A DNA stretch of 64,000 bases. Origin: Camelus ferus (taxonomy: Eukaryota). The notes under the pieces are model-generated. The model worked only from the letters and a program-made list of their open reading frames with translations. It was not told where the DNA came from and ran no database searches. Below, one piece after another: positions 13,217-25,054 of this stretch (positions are counted from its first letter, which is position 1; every line of letters begins with the position of its first letter). The stretch covers positions 50,780,001 to 50,844,000 of the forward strand of contig NC_045697.1 in NCBI RefSeq assembly GCF_009834535.1, read 5' to 3'. Both the position numbers and the translations under genes were made by a program.

Positions 13217-13769
13217 CTTATGTCTTTCTACTTTTTATCATGTGTCAGTTTCATTCTTCCCTTTTCCCCCTGACAAATTCCTACTCCACCTCTAAGAGCT
13301 GGTTTATGGGTTAGTTCCTCTCTGAAAAACTAGCTAACATACCGCTGGCCTGTGTGAAAGGCAGGACAGTGAAAGAAAGAGCTGGGAGCTGGAAGTCCGA
13401 CTGATCTGCTCAACCTCCTGACAATCCGGCCTTGGGAGCTTCCTTAACCTTTCTGAGATGGTTACCACAAGTCTATAATGGAATTAACATCACCTAACAT
13501 GCAAAGTGGGTGTGGACGTTTAGATAATACTCTGGCACTTCATTGACCTCTATAAGTAGAGTCTATTTAAGTAGTTCCTTATCTCAAAGCCTTCTTCCTC
13601 TCCCTCCCCCAACTCCAAGGAAACAGAATTGGACTATTCTCCACTTTCTCTTAGGAGTCTAACCCTACTTGTACACAAACTATACTACCTTAGGTTGAAA
13701 TGACATTAGCTCACTGGTAAGGGTCTGCAGCTTCCTCTTGCCTCAACTAGATTCCGCCTTCTTGCCCAC

Positions 13770-14246
13770 TGTGGTAGGCTGAATAAAGATTTCCATGTCC
13801 TAATCCCTGGAACCTGGCACAAATGTTACCTTATATGGCAAAAAGGACTTCACAAATATGTTAAGGCTCTTGAGATGGGAAGATTACCTTGGATCATCCA
13901 AGTGGGCACAGCATAATCACAAGGTTCTTTTAAAAGGCAGGCAGGGTGTAAGTTGAAGTGTCAGAGGTGACAACGAAAGCAGAGGTCAGAGTGAAGTAGT
14001 TTGAAGATGGAGGAAGGGGTCAGGAGCTGAAGAATGCAGATGACCTCTAAAGCTGAGCAAGACAAGGAAATGGATTCTCCCCTAGAACCTCCAGAAGGAA
14101 TGCAGCTCTAAGGACACTGAGATTAGGCTGTAAACTGCATTTTGGACTTGTGACTTCCAGAACTGAAATATAATAAATTCGTGTTGTTTAAGCCGTTGAA
14201 TTTATGGTACTTTGTTATGTACTGAAGTTAATAGGTAACTAACACA
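13770..14246 (+). mobile_element. MaLR LTR (MLT1D-like)
   Basis: tgtggtaggctgaataa ... gtcctaatccctggaacctg ... ggattctcccctagaacctccagaagga ... aactaacaca. Confidence 0.8.
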
Positions 14247-14478
14247 GCCATCTTTCAACACCATCCTTTCTCGCCAAAGTACATGAGTGTCTTCTTAAAG
14301 CTTGAATGAAATACAACTTTGTATTTCTCCTAACTTCCACAGCTCTTTAATCACAATTTCAGTATCTCCAATATTAAGAAATTCATGGAAAGTAGTAAAC
14401 TGCAAACAAGGTTTTATTGAACCTAATATTGAGGGAAAAAATTTCTTCAAGACATTTTCATGCTTAGTGCAAAACTCA

Positions 14479-14947
14479 TGAAAGAGTAGAAAACTAATAA
14501 GATGGCTCTTGAGTTGTCCAGGACTGTACTTACTTCTAGATAAATTGATCTTATAGCTAATATGCTCCCTTCCCTGTGCACTCTTTTCTTAGAATAACTT
14601 GTCCTTTTACCCTAAAGTTCTGGAAAGAAGGTCATGGAACCAACCTCAAGAAAATGGGCAGACCCTTCTCAATTCCTCCATAACAACAGCAAGTTCTTAT
14701 CAATATGAAGAGAAAGTAACACCCTGTAAAACGCACTCATTGTTGTCACCTTTTCTGTTCCACCCAGTTTTTCTATAAAACCTTAAGACCCCAACCCCAA
14801 GATGGGCTCACAGTCTTTTAAGGCATGAGCCTGCTGTGATTCCCTCTGCCTGGGAAAGCAATAAAGTGTTCTTTTCTACCATCCCAAAACTCTACCTCTG
14901 ACTCTCTATTTGGCTATTCGGGTATAGAGGCCAATTTTTAGGCAGCA
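14479..14947 (+). mobile_element. Solo ERV1-type LTR just 3' of PF4
   Basis: TG...CA ends, perfect TSD CTCA (14475-14478 and 14948-14951), TATAAAA 14774-14780, AATAAA 14860-14865. Confidence 0.85.
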
Positions 14948-15541
14948 CTCATGGTATATAAATAAAATGTGATGGGAACCAATTCTGTAGGTTTGTGAAT
15001 GTGGGATTTATTATGGACAATAATGGTTGCAAGAATTATTTTAGTATTTTATTTTTGTGCAATGTCAGTATTATCAAAGAGCCAATAAAGAGTAAAATGT
15101 TTTAATGTAATTCTCTGAAAAGTATCAATTTATTTCTATTAAGTAGTAGAGAATCCTAGTTTCATTTTTATTAATTTTCCATACTGGGGTAAAGTATAAA
15201 TCTTAAAGGGATAAAAGCAGAGTCTGATTTATTTTTTAAATTTTTTTTTAAAAAACAGCCCAGAAGACTTAAGTGTGGTTAGTATTTATTTATTAATATT
15301 TAAGTGCAAAGCTAATCATAACAATAGTATGTAAGTAAGTTATTAAGTAATGCAATCATGTAAATAAGCAAATATGTATCAGTGAACATATAACACCAAG
15401 TAAAACCAATCTTTATTAAACCAAATCTTCCTTAAAAATATTTTTTTCCTTAATTCTGGAGATTTTTCCTTATATGAAACTTTGATGTGTCAACACTATT
15501 TCTTTGGTCTATTAAGAAATATTGACTATACCACAACTTGA

Positions 15542-15552
15542 TTTATTTTATT
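15542..15552 (-). terminator. Probable PF4 polyadenylation signal (two overlapping AATAAA)
   Basis: TTTATT at 15542-15547 and 15547-15552 on plus, about 130 nt past the stop codon. Confidence 0.6.
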
Positions 15553-15677
15553 TATGTAGCATTTCAAGGGTAATAAAAACATCAGAAGACTTTTTCCACA
15601 GTTAGATTGAAAACGGAAAAAAGAAAAGAAAAAGAAACACATCGTATAGCCAAAGTACAGATTTAGGCAGTTAGTAG

Positions 15678-16443
15678 CTAAGTCTTCAAAAGTTTCTTGA
15701 TTATTCTCTTATACAGAGGGGCCTGCGGGTCCAGGCAAATTTTCCTCCCTTTTTTCAGCGTTGCTCTGCGGGGGTGGGGGAAGAGAAGACACACTTCTCA
15801 GTCACTGGGATTGAAGGTGGAGGGGCGTGGAGGCGGGTGTGGAGGGGCGGTAGGGGAGGGCAGAGGGGGCGAGGGAGGCGCGGAAGAAGTGCAAGGACTC
15901 ACATCAGTTGGGGGCTGGGGCAGTGGAGTCCGGCCCCGATCACCTCCAGGCTGGAGATGTGCTTGGGATGGACTCCGGAGGTGGTCTTCACACACAGGCA
16001 GTGCAGGTCTCCATCTCCAGCTTCAGGGTCAGCTAGGGGTTGGGTGAGGGTGGCAGAGAGTGATGACTCTGAATAACCAAAAGTACCTTAGGGATCTTTT
16101 TCACTACGTTTGACCTTTATTTCCTCATCCACAAATCATACCTCCAAAAGGATGTACAACTAGATGATTAAGATGGACAGCGCTGGGTACAGCTCCTGCA
16201 CACGTAGCAAGCACTCAGCAAATCATAGTTGGGGTCCCGAATGGTTACAGACTCCGCCCTAGCCCCTGGAGTTCCCAGGCTGTCACTTCCCCATATCCCA
16301 CCCCCACCCCCGCCACCTTTCCCGACCCTGCTTCAGCTCTCACCTTGGGCGAGGGCGAGGGCCGGCAGGAGCAGCAGCCCCAGGAGCAGGAGCCTGGGGC
16401 TGGGCCGGCAGCGGGAGGCGCGGGTACCCGCTATGAGGCTCAT
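15678..16443 (-). CDS. PF4: Platelet factor 4 (CXCL4), 3 coding exons: 16344-16443, 15903-16068 (alternative acceptor gives 15903-16032), 15678-15765; 117 aa (105 aa with the short acceptor)
   Basis: Spliced translation [121 protein letters not shown] introns in phase 1 and 2, signal peptide, non-ELR CXC motif (DLH-CLC), four cysteines, basic C-terminal helix typical of PF4. Confidence 0.96.
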
Positions 16444-16531
16444 GTTGCGGAGATGCCGGCAGGAGCCGGGAGCAGGGGCAGCTGGGGCTGGCGCTCGGAA
16501 GACCAGTGGTATCCCAGACTCTCCAGGCCGG

Positions 16532-16660
16532 TTTTATCTCCTCCCTGGTCGGAAGCCAGGGGGAAAGAGTGGGGGGCTGCGGTGCAGAAGCTGAGACACT
16601 TCTGCAAAGAGCTAGGCTCTGGACAGCCAAGATTAGGAATTAAAAAAAAAAAAAAAAAAA
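16532..16660 (-). promoter_or_regulatory. PF4 core promoter: GATA box in the TATA position, ETS site, upstream T-run
   Basis: Minus-strand AGATAAAA at 16532-16539 about 90 bp upstream of the ATG; CGGAAG at 16550-16555; 19-nt T tract (A on plus) at 16642-16660. A GATA in place of TATA is the known PF4 promoter layout. Confidence 0.75.
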
Positions 16661-18939
16661 GCCCTGGATAGCAGCCTTGCTGGGAGCTGGGAGCAGGATC
16701 AAAGCCCCACCCAGAATTCATATACATGCACATTTATGCAGTTAGAAACCGTATTCGAATCTTATACAATGTAAGTTTTCTTTGTTATGTGTAATAGTAG
16801 TGTTCTCTGTAGCCACCGTCTGTTGCAATTTACAGAGACTGTACCTTGGGGAACAAGACAGTGTCTGTTTCCAAATCCCAACTGCTCCTGGGCGTCTGCC
16901 TTTCTTGTCGATTACCACTGGGTTGAGTCTGGCAGCTGTTATGTTAAAGGAGTGCACTTTGTCATTGTTTTTTGCTGCTAAAAAGTTGAATTGAGTTTCT
17001 TGGCAATGGCTCAGCTCCAAATTTCACCTAAATGGGGAAGGCTTCCTTACTCTCTTGAATGGGATCTACCTGACTCTACCAACCACCATCCAGTATACTC
17101 TAGGAAACAAGCTCTATTATCCTCCTCTATCTTCTTACTCGAAGAAAAATTATGAAAGTAATACTTGAATGCATTATTTCTGTAAAGAAATTGGTGCCTG
17201 GATGTTTCTCCATTCTGCTCAGCCAAGAAGAGGTCAAGGGAGTTCTCAGTCCACATTGCCCAGCTCTTGCTACCACCTGGGCCAGTACCAGTGACAGGGT
17301 GAGAAAGGCTGCACTACTCACTGGAACACTGTTGCTCTCAGGAGGACACAGAGCATCTGGGAGTTGAGTGTGGAAAAGAGGTGGGAGAGCGAGTAGAGGG
17401 TATGCAACAGAATCCTGCACAGAAAAGGTCCAGAGATCAATATGGAGCATCTTCCCTTCCCTGAAAAAGAATGCCTTTGGCTCTTGATCAGGGCAAAGTA
17501 CACCCTCATCTCAAAGCCACTGTCACACTGATTAACAGTGGTGAAGGGCCTCAGGAGCCCACTGCATGGAACTAGCTGACCTCTTAAGGCTCATCAGGAC
17601 CAGACTCCTGCAGGGATATTCAATCTAATTCCTGGGCCTAGTGTGTTCTTGCTCTTACTTTTCCACCACCTGACCCTTCAGCTTGTTAAGTCCTATTCAT
17701 ATTTCTGGTGTCTGCTTAAATATCAACCCCCCAGAGGGGACTCCCCTGACAGCCAAAGAGCCTTGTGTTCCCTGTTGTCTTATAGCACCCTCTGCTTCTC
17801 CTGTTTCTCACAGATCATACAATACACATATATGCGTGTGTGTATTTAAACATGTTTAATTAAAATGGTTTCTGGTCCTGAGTGGAAAGCTCCAAGAGGT
17901 GAGGGATCATACTGCCTATCACTATTCTAGCACAATGGTAGGGACTCAGTATGAAGTACCATGTTAGTGAAGATGATAAATGTTGAAAATGATGAAGATG
18001 AGGCTTTGATGTGTTCATGTGTCTGTTTCTTTGTGCGACTGAAGCATTTCTCTATATGAACATGTGTCCCATGTGGCTGTGATTATTTGTCAACCTGTCT
18101 GCCTCTTCCTCCCAGACAGTAATCTCTTCAAGGGCAAGTCTCTGTAACTTATACGTCTTTGAATATCCTGCATCCACACGCTGGCTAGTAGAACATGTGT
18201 TGTAAGTCATACATGTGTATGAAACTGACACTTGAGATCCCAAAGTGGGTTAGCAGCAGAGGGAACGGCTGGGGGGTGGTTTAGCATATGGATGGGCAAC
18301 ATCCTGGATTTGTACAACCTTACCCCTAGATTTCAATATTTGCAGTGTAAAGGAATCCAGGGAGTAGGAAGTGACAATTAAGCCCTTCTTTCTCTGCATC
18401 TAAATAGAATAGTTCAATATATGCACATCCAAAGTAAGAGACATCTGCATTGCAGGAGATATTAGCATAATGTAAAAACTGCATCATGTCTCAAGAGCTG
18501 GCCCAGTTAGATTTCAGTAGGAGACCACTAAAAATGAATGAGATATTGAGCTATTTTGAATTATTGGAGAAAAACTGATGACAATGACTGCAATCACCAT
18601 TTACTGTTTCATTTGTTACATGTTTATTCATGTGTATTTTTGTTAACTGTTACTTGATAGATGTATTAACTTTGTAGACGAAGCATTTTAAAGCATTAAA
18701 CCTATAATGTGAAGAGATAATGAAAGGAAACATTAATAATGCAGAGATTGTGAACTAAATGCTTAATACATGAACGCACCCCAAATTCCATGTGCAGGTT
18801 GGGGCAGGTGAACTGATACCTTCTTCTATAACCATCACAGAATGTTCAGTATCCTATTCATGAATCCAGCCCTACTTTCTGTGTCAATAATATTATATGA
18901 CATAAGATAATCTCTTCATTACAGAAAGAAGAATCAAGG

Positions 18940-19410
18940 AAAGCGATGTGTTGTGATGGTTAAGAGCATGGTTTCAAAGACCCACTCTGTCACCTGCTTA
19001 GTTATCTGATTCTGGGACAAATTTGCTAATCCCTTTGAACTTGAGTTTTCTTCTCTGTTAACACTGGAAACATTAATAGTACTACTAATAAATAGAAACT
19101 AACATTCATATATGGGTTACTATGTGACATGCATTATTTTCAGCACTTTGAATTTATTAACTGTTAATTTTCACATCAACTCTATGAGGTAAGCAATATT
19201 TCACCATTTTAGAGATGAAGACACTTAGGCACAGAGAGGTTATGCAACCTGCCCAAAGTTACACAGCTAGCAAGTGGTGGACTAAGCTACTCAGTTATTC
19301 TCTTTTTAGAGGATATGCTCTTACCCAGATCATAGCTATCTTGTAAGAATTACTTAATTCATGCATGCAAAATAGTTAAATATGTCTGGCATATTAAAAG
19401 TTATTAATAA
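18940..19410. mobile_element. MIR fragments in both orientations
   Basis: Minus-strand core cattttagagatgaagacacttaggcacagagaggtta inside a plus-strand MIR remnant. Confidence 0.6.
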
Positions 19411-20501
19411 AGTTTAGTTATTGCTATAGTACATTAAAAATGGCACAGATCATCAACTACTGACTTTTGCTGGTCATATTGTTAAATACCAAAGTGTAAA
19501 AAAAAAAAATTAAGGGTTTTTCCCCTAATAATTCTGTTAAAAGTAGTAACATATGACAAAAAAGTAATAATAAATTGTCATTTTATGTTAATATTTTGGT
19601 AAGAGTAGTATGGATGTAAATTTAAGGGATTAAGAAATGAATGAAAGTTCCATTGATTACAAAATAATAATTAGTAGTCTGGTAAAGTTTAAGTTCTTTA
19701 TCGTACTGATTTGCCAGGCTGATTCTAGTACTAAAATTGTGACCATGTAGACATTAAATAAATCCAAATATGTACAAGCATGTCAGAGTACAACATTCAA
19801 CAATAAGTAGAACCTATGTTTTATTATTATTATTGAACATACTGGAGTTTTATTTTATAGAGAGCATGTTAATACTTTTCATCATTTTTTTTGTTCTACT
19901 GGTATTAAATAAATTCACTTTCAAGTAAATAACAAGATTCACATTCTACAGCTTTATTATTTTTAGGATTTGAAGGCTAACAAACATTAGGAAAATCTTT
20001 CAGGGAATGCTTTGAAACAAGACATCCTAGGACTAAGACAATGAAAAGCTCTACTAAGTCCCTAAATATGTTAATGAACATTTATCAAGCAAGTGCGCTC
20101 TGCCGGGCTCTGTGTGGTTCCTAGCATCACTGACCATTATGGAATCATGGGCATGGTGAGTTTAATAGCACAGTGGAGCAAGATAACACAAATGTATTCA
20201 GGAAAGAAATGTTTAGAAAAAGAAATGCAAAGCATAGTACCCCATTTAGCCAAGAATTGGGAAGAAAATCATATATTGTTTTTTGAAACTAGCCTTGCTT
20301 ACTTTCATCGTTTTCTCTGTCATCTATTAACCAGTCTTCTCAGAATAAAATGTAACTTTTGAGACAGAATGAAAAACATATCCAAAGTTTAATACAATAT
20401 GACTAGGTGTCCTGGATAAATAAGAACTCTAGAAAACCAAGACTTCAAACGCCTATCCTTCCTGGGAGATTAAAATAAAGGTTTAACAGAAAGTGAAAAG
20501 A

Positions 20502-21317
20502 TTAAGCAGCTGACCCACGATCTTCCAGCATTTTCTGGACTATTTTCTTGATTACAGGAGCTTCTGGGTCCAGGCAGATTTTCTTCCCATTCTTCAGCAG
20601 GGCTCTGCAAAAGAGAATAGAATTATCTGTGAGCGTCCTGGCCACTGTCAGAAGGGACTCTACAGTGTCGGTTGGAGACAGAGGTGGAGGGCTTCCCTAG
20701 TGAGGCAATACCACAGAAGCAGAGACTTACATCACTTCAACTTTGGTGCAGTGGGGTCCTGCCCTGGTCACCTCCAGACTTTGGATGTTACTGGGATGAA
20801 TGCCAGAGGTGGTCTTCACACACAGGCAGCGAAGTTCCACATACAGCAATCTTTCCCCACGTTTAGCTAGGGTAGAAAGTGTGATTCTATTAGTGGCCAT
20901 GATTCTCTCAGGGATCTCACCCATGGGTGTGTTTCTCCAGTCCCTCCTTTGTCAACTGTACCTCTCTCCCAAAGCCATCGTGACTATGATCTGTAACTTT
21001 TAGTAAAGTACCCCAGCAGGATTCCTGGCACATGTCAAGTGCCCACTGAGTGCAGCTCCTCCATTTAGGACTACTGGTCTTCTCCAGCCCCAGAAGCACT
21101 GGGACGGTCCTTCCCCCAGACACAGCTGCAGCAGAAGCAGCCTCAGGTTCAGGGAAGCAGAAACTCCACCTTCGGCTCGCCCTAAGTCTCTCTTACTTTC
21201 TCCGATGGTGGAGGGAACCAGCGTGGTCAGGAGCAGTGACAGTAGCAGCAACACCTGGAGGGCAGGAAGTGGGCTGGCGCTGGCACAGTAGGAGGCGGCG
21301 CTGGGTCTGCGGCTCAT
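20502..21317 (-). CDS. PPBP: Pro-platelet basic protein (CXCL7/NAP-2 precursor), 3 coding exons: 21197-21317 (alternative donor gives 21170-21317), 20731-20866, 20502-20604; 119 aa (128 aa with the distal donor)
   Basis: Spliced translation [125 protein letters not shown] motif, [12 protein letters not shown] signal peptide, GT-AG introns in phase 1 and 2, lies directly upstream of PF4 in the same orientation. Confidence 0.96.
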
Positions 21318-21412
21318 GGTGGAAAAGACTGGGCTAGAGTTGTTCCCAGAGCCAGGAGGGCGAATTGCCTAGGAGTCTGCCGCTAAGTGGCTTTTCATGG
21401 TCTCCTGATGTC

Positions 21413-21525
21413 TTTTATACACACTCCCTCAAGGCCAGTAAGGAGAAAAAGGATAAGGATGGAGGAAGTGAGGATGTGTGGTAACATGTGTGTAAGAGTG
21501 GTCAAGGGGTGCCCAACCCTGATAA
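21413..21525 (-). promoter_or_regulatory. PPBP promoter: TATA box with ETS, RUNX and GATA motifs
   Basis: TATAAAA (minus) 21413-21419; GAGGAAGTG 21462-21470; TGTGGT 21477-21482; TGATAA 21520-21525. This is a megakaryocyte-type motif set. Confidence 0.7.
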
Positions 21526-24361
21526 ATACCAGGCAAGTCAAATTCCTGCTTAATTTTATTTTAAGCATCACTGCATGTTCCCACTCTCCCTTTCTCAATA
21601 CCCATCTCCCTTACACATATTTAACACTCTCCTTAGGCAAGAACTAGACTGAAATATTACATATATTTTCTTTGTATCATTATGTAACATGACCTGCCTT
21701 TCCTCTAATGCAATTTATAGGCTTAATAGACACTTTTTATGTCCCTGAAAGCAAAAGTATGTGGCCCTTGGAAAAGAGAGTTATCTTCCCTTTCCTGTTT
21801 CCAGGGAAAGCAGATACCCCTGTTGTGGTTGTTGATAATGTTGGGATTTGTTTGGAGTATGTGGATAAAACAGGAGCCAATTGCCATCAAAGCCTCACTA
21901 AGCTCCTTTGTGTCTTCCAAATTTATTATCTTTTGGGATTTTATCCAGCAACTAGAAGCAAACTCATCTTCCCTTGCATTATAAAATAAACTACTCGTTT
22001 CTACCATCTGAGTATAGAAAACAAGATCTTTATTTTTCCTTTTATGATTAATCTAACAGAAGCATGTATACTACAATTTATGTAAAAGATTCATAACCTG
22101 CAGATACATGCGGGATCAAGCAGGCAAGTTCCTCTTCACCATTACTCCACATTCCTGCCCTCTGATAGTAACCACTGGTAACAATGTGGCATTAGTTTTC
22201 TATTCTATCTGCAATTATCTATGCACATATACATATACATAGAGCCACAAACATAACACACAAAGATACACGTATATAGAGAGAGGTAGATATAGATCTT
22301 TTTTATATACATGGGGTTATTACACAGCTTTTGTTCTTTAAAAATATGTCCTCAGCATCCTTTCATGCTCCCTCAGTGTCATTTTTCCTCATTTTTTTTA
22401 ACATCTGCATAACATTCAAAAGAGTGGGTAATTGTTGTCCAATTTCTGTCTCCTTGGTGAGTTTGAGTGTGTTTCCAGTTTTGTACTTATACAAATTGCA
22501 GTTAAGATCTTTACCCCTCACTTCTCAGACCCTAATTAAGGGTCCTGATCTAAAACCCCACAGAACATAGACAAAGCCCTGCAAAGACACAGAGATGGAC
22601 CTACACCTCACGTGCTGACTTGTATATGCTATTTCTGGATCTTGTCCTGTCTATGAGACTTGCTTCCTCAACAGGACTGTACACCTCTGAAGGCAGAAGT
22701 ATGTCCAAGGTTTCTTCGAGCTGATGTATCCTACAGTGGGTAGGATAACTCAATACATAGTAGGTCTCAGCTACACAGTATTAATGAATAAAGCAATGAA
22801 TACGTATCACTAAAGGAAACTTTCTCTTTCCTTTCTCAACAGCCACAATTCTCAAACGAGATTCCACATGACCCAGAGTACATGTGGTATAAGAAGGCGA
22901 TTTGGAAGGCTGGGTAGAAAGGATGAGGCCCAGACACACATGGTCTTCCTCTTACAAGTATGTACAAATCTTACACAATATTCAAACTTCCCACTTTTTT
23001 TTCTTATTTTATATACCTTTAACATTCTAGAAGAAATCTTAAAATAGTAAATGTACAAAATTACTTTTTATCAAAAGAATAACTATGGTAAATAATTTTT
23101 CCAAGCTTTTTAAAAGAAACTTTTAAGCCAACTTTCCCTGTTGTTTAGCAGTTACTGAGTATGTTTAAGTTCTTAGGTTCTGTTTTACAATGTATTCCTT
23201 ATTTGTCTCCATCTCATTTGTTTTCTTCTTATAACCTACAGTCTAGCAGTAGAATATATTAAATTAAAAGGATTTCCCACCTCTCCCAACTCCAAAATTC
23301 ATAGTCTAAAAAGTGAGCTTAAGGAAAATCTTAAGCTGAAAATGAGTATCCTTCTAAGAGCTGACAGTGTGAATTACAGACAGATTCTCAACAGGAAACA
23401 GACTAAGGAGAGCAAACTCCTTTTTAGTCCTTGAGGGATGGCTGTATAGTCTTTCCCCATTATTGTGATTCAAATATTGCTAATTCACAAATCAGGCATA
23501 TTTTTATTCAGACATAAGCTCAAAACTATTTCCAGAGCAAGATAAAAAGGTTTTTGGCATTAGTCACAGTATCTTTCTTTTTCTATCCATCACATTGCAA
23601 CATATTGTTTACTGTATTTATTGGTTTCACTGGACACTTCCCCGCCTGCAGACACTATCCGCATTTCTTTCCTGCTTCTTAGTAAGATGACTCAAAAGTT
23701 CCTAATCCTTTTGGGGAAACCATAGGGAATGATTTCTGAACTACTGAAGCTTTTTCAGTAGATACCAGGAAAGAGGTAGGCAGACATGTAGTCCAGGATC
23801 ATCTACTCATTGTCTTAACCAACAAGTGTATTTTGTCACAAAAGATACATCGTCAGCAAGGTTTGTGAGGAAGTACTAACACATTTCTTGACTCATGAAA
23901 ATTCCACAAGCCTATTAGTCAGCACTGGAGGTAACTAAGTTTTTGCTAGTTTTCATCCATTCAATAAATATTAATTTAAGCATCTACTATGTGCCAGGAA
24001 TTACAAAGTCTCTTTGTTGTGTGACTTAGTCATCTAATTACTTCTTTTCTAAAAGTGAGACCTCAAACATTCATGCAAAGCAATGGCATGGAAATACGAA
24101 TCTGCTGCTGCTACTACTACTATTGCTGACTGCTAGTCCTGTCATTTGTACAATTCTCTTTGATTTCCATGAAGAGAAACATAATACAGATATAGACAAA
24201 CTGACTTACAGAAATGGGTAAAAAATACTTCAAAATCAGTTATTCAAGTAAAAGAAGTTAGCTTATATAAAATTATAACATAAATGAATGTTAGAAAATT
24301 AGTGTCGGGGCTCTTGGGTTTAAAAATAACTTGACAGTTTTTTATAAATTGTCACCCTGGC

Positions 24362-24363
<2 letters not shown>

Positions 24364-24412
<49 letters not shown>
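24364..24412. repeat. (TG)~24 microsatellite
   Basis: Perfect dinucleotide run. Confidence 0.95.
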
Positions 24413-24414
<2 letters not shown>

Positions 24415-25054
24415 AATTGCTTTATCTCTTTTTCCTTTAAGTCACTGTATAAACAACTGTGTCATTCAGGAAACCAGCAAGTTTTCTAAGCCTCAAAACA
24501 GAACTTACCGGTTGGTTCTTTTAAAAGAAAATATCTAAAGACATTGGAGGAACATTAACCATTAAAATTAAGACCTATATGAATTCTGCCTTACAGAGAA
24601 TGTTTTGAACTGACACCACCCACATATGAAGAAATAATCTATCGCCTAAGTTCATTCTAAAAGCAGTTGGTACAGAAGATCCTTGGGATAATAAAACTGG
24701 GGGTCAGTTTGTTAAAGCACTGTAATCAATGAATTGAAATACTAGCCAACAAAAGATTTCCTGTAAGTATGGAAATCTAATGTGTGTGCCGTGTAACTGA
24801 GCTGACAAGAACGATCCAGACATCAATTACTCAGGCACTTATTCAGTTGAGGCCGTACATCGCCCATAGGTGGTGCACGGGGGGCAGTAGGGGAGAGTGG
24901 GGAGGGGGAAGGAGTTGAGGGGGAAATTCCTTCCCTGGGTGCTGTGGTACAGGAACAATGCCATGTTTTGCAGGCCTGAGAATTTTTATTGTAATAATGT
25001 TGATTAATCATTTGTCGAATCTCAGATGTATGATGGTCCTTTTCGGATCCTCTT

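Noticed and set aside
12689..13314. ORFs of 145 aa and 80 aa
   Set aside because: They are L1 ORF2 fragments fused across an inversion junction, not host genes.
20867..20924. Upstream extension of PPBP exon 2 (ORF 20727-20924)
   Set aside because: The nearest upstream AG would shift the frame into a stop. The open frame is incidental intron sequence.
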